Below, piece by piece: positions 46,682 through 54,266 of a stretch of 64,000 nt of DNA. Origin of the DNA: an uncultured virus (IMG/VR IMGVR_UViG_3300025109_000005). Its lineage: Duplodnaviria; Heunggongvirae; Uroviricota; Caudoviricetes. A model generated the notes under the pieces. The model was not told where the DNA came from. It worked only from the letters and a program-made list of their open reading frames with translations, and made no database searches. Every line of letters starts with the position of its first letter. The first letter of the stretch is position 1. The DNA is taken from IMG/VR virus record IMGVR_UViG_3300025109_000005; one strand, given 5' to 3'. Made by a program: the position numbers and the translations under genes.

Positions 46682-46929
46682 CTGACATGCTATGGGGCGC
46701 CATCATTGGCGCAGCGATGGTGGTCGCGACGTTCATCGCAGCCTGGATCAAGAGGCCGAGCCCAGAGATCGTGTTCTCTCCGCTCGAAGATGCTGAAGAA
46801 ACGCACGCGGTCCGCGTCGTAGAGATAGAGAAGAACCTCGACAACAAGATGGAGATCATCGATGTGGCTGCTACGAGCGACTCGCCGGCTGATGCGTTAG
46901 CTGCGTTGGGCAACAAGAGGAAGAGATGA
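46678..46929 (+). CDS. Membrane protein (i-spanin-like topology)
   Basis: N-terminal TM followed by a helical soluble region; coupled to the holin. Confidence 0.5.
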   Translation: MTDMLWGAIIGAAMVVATFIAAWIKRPSPEIVFSPLEDAEETHAVRVVEIEKNLDNKMEIIDVAATSDSPADALAALGNKRKR

Positions 46930-47360
46930 ATGCGCTTGCGATCCTCCTATTCCAGACAGCCCTCGCCGAACCACCAGAGCGGCCCAAGTCGCCAGAGCCA
47001 CTCGAGGGGGAGTGCCCGGGAGCGGTGGGCTTTACGCACGGCAACGCTGTACCTGGCGGGATTGTCGGTAGTGATGGCCTCGTGCTCTGCAGCGGTGTCC
47101 TCTCTCCGCTCAGTGACTACCAAGACCTACTCCAGACTGAAGTATGGGCCGAAGCCCTCGACGCCCGTTATCGTCTGGACACGGCATCTCTCGTACTCGA
47201 GAGAGACTGGTACCAACAGCAGCTGGAACTGATCCAGCAACCGCTACCCCTGCTGGAACGACCGGCTGTTATACTGACCATGGGCATCACCTCGGGGGTT
47301 GCAGTGGTTCTCCTATCGGCCTATGCGTTCGACACAGTCGCCGATGGGGGTACGCCATGA
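46926..47360 (+). CDS. Exported protein with C-terminal TM (lysis accessory?)
   Basis: Signal peptide ending ALA, coiled region, C-terminal hydrophobic helix. Confidence 0.55.
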   Translation: MNALAILLFQTALAEPPERPKSPEPLEGECPGAVGFTHGNAVPGGIVGSDGLVLCSGVLSPLSDYQDLLQTEVWAEALDARYRLDTASLVLERDWYQQQLELIQQPLPLLERPAVILTMGITSGVAVVLLSAYAFDTVADGGTP

Positions 47361-47536
47361 TTGAGACAGTCCACAAAGTCATGACCGCAGTTCTCACAGC
47401 CGCCGTGCTGGGGGGCGCGTCATTCGTGATCGACACACGCACCGAGATCGCGCTACTGCAGGCAGAGATCAAGCAGGTCAAGTCGATGAGCGAGCAGATC
47501 CTCACGATCATCGAGGCAGCCCACCCACGTCAATAG
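47357..47536 (+). CDS. Small membrane protein with coiled coil
   Basis: Start reassigned to ATG at 47357 (MIETVHKVMTAVLTAAVLGG). Confidence 0.6.
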   Translation: MIETVHKVMTAVLTAAVLGGASFVIDTRTEIALLQAEIKQVKSMSEQILTIIEAAHPRQ

Positions 47537-47545
47537 GAGGCCTCC

Positions 47546-47779
47546 ATGACCCTGATTCTTCTCAGCACTCTCGTCATGGCTGCGCCCATAGACGCTGCTC
47601 AGCTCCCTACGTCTGTTCAAGAGGCCCAGGAGTGCAAGGACACCCTGCAGCAGATTCTCGATGCGCTCGAGTCCATCGAAGCTGTCGCCGTGGCGGAGCC
47701 TGAGAAGCCTGCTGATACCGCAGAGCCTACGCCAGAGAAGTCGACCGCAAGTCCTTCTCTTCTACCAACGAGTAGGTGA
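47546..47779 (+). CDS. Small exported protein
   Basis: GGAGG RBS and signal peptide. Confidence 0.55.
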   Translation: MTLILLSTLVMAAPIDAAQLPTSVQEAQECKDTLQQILDALESIEAVAVAEPEKPADTAEPTPEKSTASPSLLPTSR

Positions 47780-48527
47780 AGCGTTCGACCCCACTACTCT
47801 CGCAGATGTGCATCGCCTCGCCCCAATCTGTCAGCCGGGCAAAAACCTGGCAGCCGGCGCTCCACTTATCCACTTGCGTGCTGTTGGTGCCTGCGTGGTG
47901 GATGTTGATCCCGAACCAGCCTGTGTGCTCTTCGCCGCCGTAGTCGAGTGTGTTGTCCTTGTTGTTGTCTCTCCAGACAGTAACTGTGCCGCCACGCTGA
48001 CACAGCGTCCGATAGCGTCCCTGGTGCAAGGCCCACTGGTACACAGGGTACTGGCCCGGGACGAGAATGGCCGTCCCGTCGACATTGCTCGGGTTCTTGA
48101 GCCAGTAGGTGCCGGGGTCCGTGGTGATGCGGTAGGTCTTGTGGTTCCAGGCATCACCTGACTTCCAGACCAGGTGCATCTCGTCGTCGAAGGCGTTGGC
48201 TTCTTCGCTCTCGAAGCGCACACCGATCAAGTTCACCTGCCCGTCGTCGAAGACCGTGTAGCCTTTCTCCTTGAGCACTTCGATGATTGCAGGGCTGCGT
48301 AGAGACACGAGCTTCAACGGAGTCGTGGGCGTCTCTCTGAGGTAGGTCTGGGTCATGGGCCCAGCGATGCCGTCTACAGACAGCTTTCTTGCACACTGGA
48401 ACCGCTTCACAGCGTTCTCTGTGTTCTTCCCGAACACGCCGTCGACACCGATAGGGCCGAATCCATGCAGGTTCAACTGCTTCTGCAGCCAAAGAACCAT
48501 GTCTCCAATATCACCTTTGCGCAGCAT
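47727..48527 (-). CDS. Endolysin: peptidoglycan-binding domain plus L,D-transpeptidase-like (YkuD) Cys peptidase
   Basis: LRKGD.G..V..LQ..L...VDG.FG..TE.AV..FQ...VDGIAGP.T; GINIHH...WSAGCQV catalytic His/Cys. Confidence 0.85.
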   Translation of the reverse strand: MLRKGDIGDMVLWLQKQLNLHGFGPIGVDGVFGKNTENAVKRFQCARKLSVDGIAGPMTQTYLRETPTTPLKLVSLRSPAIIEVLKEKGYTVFDDGQVNLIGVRFESEEANAFDDEMHLVWKSGDAWNHKTYRITTDPGTYWLKNPSNVDGTAILVPGQYPVYQWALHQGRYRTLCQRGGTVTVWRDNNKDNTLDYGGEEHTGWFGINIHHAGTNSTQVDKWSAGCQVFARLTDWGEAMHICESSGVERFTYSLVEEKDLRSTSLA

Positions 48528-48546
48528 GATTACCCACTAACTCCTT

Positions 48547-48855
48547 CTATTGAGCGATGCGCCCGAGGCGCTCCATACGTTCACTGATGCGAGCACGCTC
48601 TCCGGTGTCCACCAACTGAACCAACCAGTCTGCGTACTTCTGTGGCTCCGTGGCCTTCCCCGAGGGGGCTGCCGCGAAGGCCTCAGCCAGGCCCTTGACG
48701 TGACGCAGGGTAGGCTTGCGCGCACCAGATTCGACTCGACTGACCTCGGGCTGAGTCAGTCCCGCTCTCCTTGCCAGCTCGGCAACGCTCCAGCTACGAG
48801 ACTCTCGACTCATACGGATGAGCCTGGAGAACGCGGTTACGTGCTTGTTAGTCAT
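48547..48855 (-). CDS. XRE-family HTH regulator
   Basis: RESRSWSVAELARRAGLTQPEVSRVESGARKPTL; start reassigned to ATG at 48855. Confidence 0.9.
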   Translation of the reverse strand: MTNKHVTAFSRLIRMSRESRSWSVAELARRAGLTQPEVSRVESGARKPTLRHVKGLAEAFAAAPSGKATEPQKYADWLVQLVDTGERARISERMERLGRIAQ

Positions 48856-48871
48856 TTTGACCTCCCAGTAG

Positions 48872-48938
48872 AGCCTATCGTAGAGAAACCACGTCGTCAA
48901 GATTCTTACTTGACAGGCTGGCAGCATCGCTATAGTTT
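48872..48938. promoter_or_regulatory. Back-to-back sigma70 promoters
   Basis: Leftward TTGACG-17-TAGGCT; rightward TTGACA(48910)-17-TAGTTT. Confidence 0.7.
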
Positions 48939-48961
48939 CAGAGGGACCGCAAGGGGGTTCG

Positions 48962-50851
48962 ATGATCTGGCGACAGCCACACTATGTCTACCGCGTTCCC
49001 GCGAGCGCCGTCAGCATCGACTTGGATACCGTAGAGCACACTGTCCCGGGTGCCCTGGTCTACGCCTACTGGAACCAACGACGCTATCGACTGCGCCAGA
49101 TGTCTCCCGACGAGAGAGTCGCTGTCTCCGAGTACGAAATCCTGGCACCCCTGCACGGAGCGTGGCTCGTCGAGTCGACGCTCGCTCACCACCAGCTGCC
49201 CTACACTGCCATCGGCAAGGACGTAGAGGGTATCTCGTTCTGGAGTAACGTCGCAGAGGACCGAGCTGCGCTCGAGCAAGATGGACGCAACCGTGTCAAC
49301 GACCTGATCTCCCGGGGAATCATCCGACCCCATGTCGCGGACATTCTCACGCCCTACCAGGCGATGTCCGTGAGCTGGGCGGTGAGTCGTCCCTGGGTGT
49401 TCAACGTGTGGCCGTGCGGATCGGGCAAGACTCTTGGCGCCATCGTCGCCTCTTTCACGCGCACTGGCCCGACCCTCGTGCTCAGTCCAGCTAAGGCACG
49501 GCATGTCTGGTGGTCCCAGGTGCAGGAATATAGCACGATCACGCCGTTCCGTGTACGTCCGCAGGGAGAAAGAAAAGAAGATGACGAGACTCTCGACAGC
49601 TACCTGCGCCGCATGGGCTCGTTGGCCTTTGTCGTGGTGGGTGGAGAAGCTGTCGGTTTGTACATCGATGAGATCAAGCGAGTGGCGCCAACGGTTCTCA
49701 TTCTCGATGAACTCCACACGCACGGGAGTCGCAAGCGGTGGCAGGCCATCCACAAGGAAGATGGCACCGTGGACTTCGAGAAGAAGCGGACGAGCAAGAA
49801 CAACGTGACCCGTGCTGCCCATGTCATGGAGGTTGCGAACATGGACGGCATCAACCTGCGCGTCGGCCTGACAGCCACGCCCCTGGACGACGGCAGGCCG
49901 CGCAGACTGTGGAGTCAGCTGGACCTGCTCACCCCGGGTGGCTTCAGCCACAGCTTCAGCAAGTTCGCGTTCCGTCACTGTGATGCCGCGCCAGGACAGT
50001 ATGGGGGCTTCGACGACCGGGGCAGCAGCAACCTCGACGAGCTCCGGTCACGGTGCAGCTTCTTCACGCACGAGGTTCCCTATAGCGAGAGTCACGCCGC
50101 GCTCCCTGATACCCGGGTGCAGGTCGTCTACTTGGACCGCTCAGAACTGAACGGGGCAGGTCGGTTCAGCGACGAGCAGACATTCAAGCAGGCGTTCAAG
50201 TCTCTGTCGAAGGAGACCAAGTTCAACTATGTCGCTCGAGAGCGTATGATCGAAGCGAGGCTCGCAGAAGCCTGCAGTCGAAAGCGGGGGTTCGTCATCG
50301 ACGAGGTGAAGCAAGGCGTGCGTGGTGGTGGCAAGGTGGCAGTGTTCACAGCAAGGCGTAACGAGGCCGAGGTGTGGGCGCACAAGATCAAGAAGTCTCT
50401 CACCGAAGGCGACGAGAAGCTCGCGGACATCACGGTGTGGACAGCTCACGGAGGTGTCTCCGAGACCGAGCGAGATCGCATCACCGATGCGTACCGAGAC
50501 CACTCTGGTCCTTGCGTGCTCGTGGCGACAGGGCAGAGCGTAGGCACAGGTGTTGATGGACTTCAGACCACAGACGTTGCCATCTTCGCGATGCTGCCGT
50601 GGAAGCCCGGTGATTTTACGCAGTGGAAGGGTCGGTTCGACCGACTCGGAGGAAACCCGACGCTGTTGAAGGTCATCGTTGCGACCGGCACTTACGACGA
50701 GCGGGTGGTAGGGATTCTCGTGGAGAAGTTCGGACCCATCGAGCAGTTCCTCCAGGCAGATGAGTTGGAGGGCCTGGACACCAAGCTGCTCGGCATTGCT
50801 GACAAGGACGCCATGGTCAACAGCATTGTCAGCAGACTGGAGGCACTGTGA
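48962..50851 (+). CDS. SF2 (SNF2-like) helicase
   Basis: GSGKT, DELH, GLTATP, GTGVDGLQ and QWKGRFDR motifs. Confidence 0.9.
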   Translation: MIWRQPHYVYRVPASAVSIDLDTVEHTVPGALVYAYWNQRRYRLRQMSPDERVAVSEYEILAPLHGAWLVESTLAHHQLPYTAIGKDVEGISFWSNVAEDRAALEQDGRNRVNDLISRGIIRPHVADILTPYQAMSVSWAVSRPWVFNVWPCGSGKTLGAIVASFTRTGPTLVLSPAKARHVWWSQVQEYSTITPFRVRPQGERKEDDETLDSYLRRMGSLAFVVVGGEAVGLYIDEIKRVAPTVLILDELHTHGSRKRWQAIHKEDGTVDFEKKRTSKNNVTRAAHVMEVANMDGINLRVGLTATPLDDGRPRRLWSQLDLLTPGGFSHSFSKFAFRHCDAAPGQYGGFDDRGSSNLDELRSRCSFFTHEVPYSESHAALPDTRVQVVYLDRSELNGAGRFSDEQTFKQAFKSLSKETKFNYVARERMIEARLAEACSRKRGFVIDEVKQGVRGGGKVAVFTARRNEAEVWAHKIKKSLTEGDEKLADITVWTAHGGVSETERDRITDAYRDHSGPCVLVATGQSVGTGVDGLQTTDVAIFAMLPWKPGDFTQWKGRFDRLGGNPTLLKVIVATGTYDERVVGILVEKFGPIEQFLQADELEGLDTKLLGIADKDAMVNSIVSRLEAL

Positions 50852-52524
50852 AGCCTGCGAAGAAGCCGAGCTACGATATACGTCAATGTCCGTTGACTGT
50901 TGTTCGCGATCTTTGTGAGCGGTTTCATGGGTACAAGAGCGCAGGAAGTAACGCAACGTATTGTTTTGCCGTCTACGAAAATGACTGCGCAATAGCCGGC
51001 TATATCTGGTCGCCTCCGCCACCCGGTGCGGCACGCTCAGTGTGCCCTGAAGCGCCTCATGGTGTCTTGGCGTTGTCTCGTATGGTCGCTGTTCCCCGAG
51101 AAGAAAGACAGCTAAACCATATCAGTAAACCTTTGCGTCGTCAGATGCGGACCTTGATTGATCGTGGTCGTTGGCCCGTGTTGATCACCTACCACGATGA
51201 GGGTCAAGGTCACACAGGCCACGTCTATAAGTGTTCTGGCTGGAAGCCGACTACACGTAATCGTCGACCGGTGTACGAGACTGTCGAGGGTAAGCGCGCG
51301 TCTTCTTACAGTAACGGCAAACATGGTAAGCGCAAACTGAGCCGAGTCGGCTGGACCTATGTACAACGATGGGAGCATTGGTCATGTGCGCAAGGAACTG
51401 CGGCAGAGCACATCAAGCGCAGCGGTTGGGTGCGAGTACCCATACCCGGAAAGACATGGAAGTCGGGAAACCCTGCACACAGGTATGAGTTCAAGCCAAA
51501 ACAACTAACGAGCGCACCGGTAGTTAGGAGATCTAGCATGACGGAAAAGCTAATCGACGCAGGGCGAAGCCTCCGTGGATGGAGTCGGGTCGGCAACTTC
51601 TTCAAGTGCCCGCAGCTGTACTCCTATGACCAGCACCTGCACATCGACCTGATACCTGCGAGCGCACTCACGCGAGGTTCGATGGGTCATGTCATGCAGG
51701 CGCACCAGCATGCCATCTGGGGTGCGCGGCAAGGGAGCGTGCTGGTCGACGGGGTGAAGCACACGGACTCACGAGACTTTCTCGAGCCCGCTGAAGCGAT
51801 GTCTGTCTGGTGCGACCAGTACGGTGGAGACGAGCACTTCGACAGGATGCTCGACACGTTCGACAACTACATCATGCAGTACCCCGACCCGCCTGGACGC
51901 ATCGTTGCTGTCGAGACTTCGGTGACTGCCGTGATCGGTACGCGTGAAGGGCAGTGGGGTCTATGGGTGGTTCATCCTGACGTAGGCGATCTCGACCAGC
52001 CGGTCACATCCGTTCCAGGCATCGACGGAGTCGTCATCGAGATCACGCCGCTCAACATGCCGGGCCATGACAGGCACGACTGCCCGATCTACCTGACTCG
52101 ACGCATGGACCTGGTGGTCGAAGACCGCATGGGGCGCATCGCCATCTGGGACCACAAGCACCAAGCTAATGTTCAACCTAACCGAAGCGTAGATGCCTAC
52201 GCCATCGACGGTGGATTCGCTGCATTCCGCATCATGGGCAGGCAGCTGTATGGTCGCAACTTCGGTGGGCTGCTGCTCAACCTGATTCAGACCCAACCCT
52301 CTTGGAAGGTCGCTCGTCGAAGCGTGCCACCTACACCGCATCGGGACAGTCACTTCTGCGACATGCTCTGGCGCGCCGAGCACAGTCTCGCACAACTCGA
52401 GGCGAGCAATCTCGACCCGTGGATGTGGCCCAAGGCGATGAATGAAACGGCCTGCTATGGGCGCTACGGCGCCTGCTCGGCCATCAAGCTCTGTTTCTTC
52501 GGAGAGAGAGGAAAAGTCTGTTGA
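50848..52524 (+). CDS. Mom-like GNAT DNA-modification domain fused in frame to a Cas4-like PD-(D/E)xK exonuclease (internal start at 51538)
   Basis: N-part: RFHGY, LALSRMV, LITYHDEGQGHTGHVYKCSGW. C-part: KCPQLY, RMDLVV...IWDHK and three C-terminal Cys. Confidence 0.8.
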   Translation: MKPAKKPSYDIRQCPLTVVRDLCERFHGYKSAGSNATYCFAVYENDCAIAGYIWSPPPPGAARSVCPEAPHGVLALSRMVAVPREERQLNHISKPLRRQMRTLIDRGRWPVLITYHDEGQGHTGHVYKCSGWKPTTRNRRPVYETVEGKRASSYSNGKHGKRKLSRVGWTYVQRWEHWSCAQGTAAEHIKRSGWVRVPIPGKTWKSGNPAHRYEFKPKQLTSAPVVRRSSMTEKLIDAGRSLRGWSRVGNFFKCPQLYSYDQHLHIDLIPASALTRGSMGHVMQAHQHAIWGARQGSVLVDGVKHTDSRDFLEPAEAMSVWCDQYGGDEHFDRMLDTFDNYIMQYPDPPGRIVAVETSVTAVIGTREGQWGLWVVHPDVGDLDQPVTSVPGIDGVVIEITPLNMPGHDRHDCPIYLTRRMDLVVEDRMGRIAIWDHKHQANVQPNRSVDAYAIDGGFAAFRIMGRQLYGRNFGGLLLNLIQTQPSWKVARRSVPPTPHRDSHFCDMLWRAEHSLAQLEASNLDPWMWPKAMNETACYGRYGACSAIKLCFFGERGKVC

Positions 52525-52549
52525 CCCGCTGGGTCGCATCGGATAGTGT
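52521..52549 (+). promoter_or_regulatory. Sigma70-type promoter
   Basis: TTGACC-17-TAGTGT. Confidence 0.55.
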
Positions 52550-52575
52550 CTCTATAGTTTGACTGGAGAACCAAC

Positions 52576-53541
52576 ATGGAAAGCCCCGTAATGATCTGTG
52601 TGTACGGGAAGCCGAAGAGGGGTAAGACCTCCGACGCTCTCGCTGCATTCCCGAATGCCCTGTTTATCGGCGTACCGAGTGCCATTAGCCTCGTTGCGCA
52701 GAATGAGCTCGGGTTCACACCCGCTCTTCACACGCATCCTCCGCAGACGCTTGACGCCCTGGTACAGGTGCTCAAGGAACTTCACGAGAGCGGAGCCGCC
52801 AAGAACTACGGTGCCATCGTCATTGACGACGCCAGCCACATCTGTCGACAGAGCATGCTCTTCTGGCAGGCGAATGCACCTCGAGGACGGTCGGGTAAGC
52901 CTGACCGCTTCTACCAGTACCAGCAGCTCAACGTGCACCTGCTCACGCTCAGCTCCATGAGCCGGCACCTGGGCTGTCACCTCCTCATGACCTTTCACGA
53001 GAGAGCACCGGGACACAACGCCGATGGTGCATTCTGCCCCGGCGGTCCCGACGTACCCAGCCGCAACCAGGTAGAGATGTTGCCGTCGTGGTGCGACATG
53101 AGCCTCCGCACGCTGATCGACCCGACGTACCCAGATCCGTGGTTCCAGGCGATCTATTCGTGCAACCCCTCTGATCCCGACTGGATCACAGGTGACCGCA
53201 CAGGTGTCTGTTCGAGCAGGACCCCTGCGAACATCCGAGAAATCCTGCGCGCGAGTCAGTCCGGCTACGAGCTCTCTCGCCTCGCCGGACTCGAGTGGCA
53301 AGAGGATGTTGCCAACCGAGTTGCCAACGGGCTACAGGATGGTGAGGATCTTCGCGGGCTGCTTCAGCAAATCGCAGCCGGACACTCGGGCGACCCGCGC
53401 CACCTGCGGTGGGCCTGTCAGGACGGCATTGCTCGCGGAGTCCTCTCTCGACGCCTCAACCGAGGCTTGTTCGATTTCACTCTCGAGGAGTCATCCTCAA
53501 AACCCGGCGGCAATCTGCCACCACCCCCACCAACCCCCTAA
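52576..53541 (+). CDS. AAA ATPase (Sak4-like recombination protein)
   Basis: YGKPKRGKT, IVIDD and LMTFHER motifs; lies between nuclease and SSB-like gene. Confidence 0.8.
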   Translation: MESPVMICVYGKPKRGKTSDALAAFPNALFIGVPSAISLVAQNELGFTPALHTHPPQTLDALVQVLKELHESGAAKNYGAIVIDDASHICRQSMLFWQANAPRGRSGKPDRFYQYQQLNVHLLTLSSMSRHLGCHLLMTFHERAPGHNADGAFCPGGPDVPSRNQVEMLPSWCDMSLRTLIDPTYPDPWFQAIYSCNPSDPDWITGDRTGVCSSRTPANIREILRASQSGYELSRLAGLEWQEDVANRVANGLQDGEDLRGLLQQIAAGHSGDPRHLRWACQDGIARGVLSRRLNRGLFDFTLEESSSKPGGNLPPPPPTP

Positions 53542-53555
53542 GGGACTAAACCATC

Positions 53556-54203
53556 ATGGCAACTTTCCAAATCCCCGGTGAAATCATCACCTCTGTCACC
53601 GCTCTCGGTGGCGGTGCGCCCCCGTCCGGCTACTACGCCGCAAAGATCGAGAAGATCGAACCTCACCCGTCGCGCGCCACGGCTCGTCGGATGACCCTGT
53701 CGTTCCAGGGCTTCTCCTGCACTGACTGGCTGAACACCCCCTACGATGTCGAAGGGAAGGCTATCGCCGGTCTCAACGAGAAGCAGGTTCGCGGCATGGT
53801 TGCTGCGATCAAGAGTGTCTTCCTGTCCGCTGGGTACACCAACGAACAGATGTCTCAGGGAATCAGCGACGACTGGCTGATCGACAAGAGCGTCTGGCTC
53901 GAGTGGCATGCCGCCAAGGATTTGGGGGCCACCTACGGAAAGATCGACCGATACCTCACACAGGTTTCCTTCGACACTTTCCAGGCCGACGGATCCAAGC
54001 CGGCAGTTGCAGGAGCTGACGCTGTCAGTTCAAGCAGTGCCTCTGCAGCCGTTCCACCTGCGGTCGCTGCTGCAACACCGGCTCCGGCAGCTACTGTGGC
54101 TCCGGCTCCTGTTCCTGCACCTTCCAATGGTGCCTCTCAGACGACGATTGGTGGGGCTGTTCTGCCTCCTCCGCCCGTCGGCGCGCAGGGCCTGACCCAG
54201 TAG
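53556..54203 (+). CDS. Single-stranded DNA-binding protein-like
   Basis: PPSGYYAAKI OB-type start, low-complexity tail, synteny with exonuclease and ATPase. Confidence 0.6.
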   Translation: MATFQIPGEIITSVTALGGGAPPSGYYAAKIEKIEPHPSRATARRMTLSFQGFSCTDWLNTPYDVEGKAIAGLNEKQVRGMVAAIKSVFLSAGYTNEQMSQGISDDWLIDKSVWLEWHAAKDLGATYGKIDRYLTQVSFDTFQADGSKPAVAGADAVSSSSASAAVPPAVAAATPAPAATVAPAPVPAPSNGASQTTIGGAVLPPPPVGAQGLTQ

Positions 54204-54210
54204 TTGTCAG

Positions 54211-54247
54211 GGGGTGGCCTCGACACCGGCACGTCGAGGTCATCCCC
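54211..54247 (+). terminator. Stem-loop after the SSB-like gene
   Basis: GGGGTGGCCTCGAC / GTCGAGGTCATCCCC. Confidence 0.6.
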
Positions 54248-54266
54248 ACCCTTTCTCCGGTGCAGT

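Noticed and set aside
48547..48938. Lysogeny switch or prophage
   Set aside because: An XRE gene and divergent promoters are present, but no integrase, parA, att site or flanking host genes are visible.
51538..52524. Cas4-like nuclease as evidence of a CRISPR-Cas system
   Set aside because: I saw no repeat-spacer array or other cas genes; the context (ATPase, SSB-like) is a phage recombination module.
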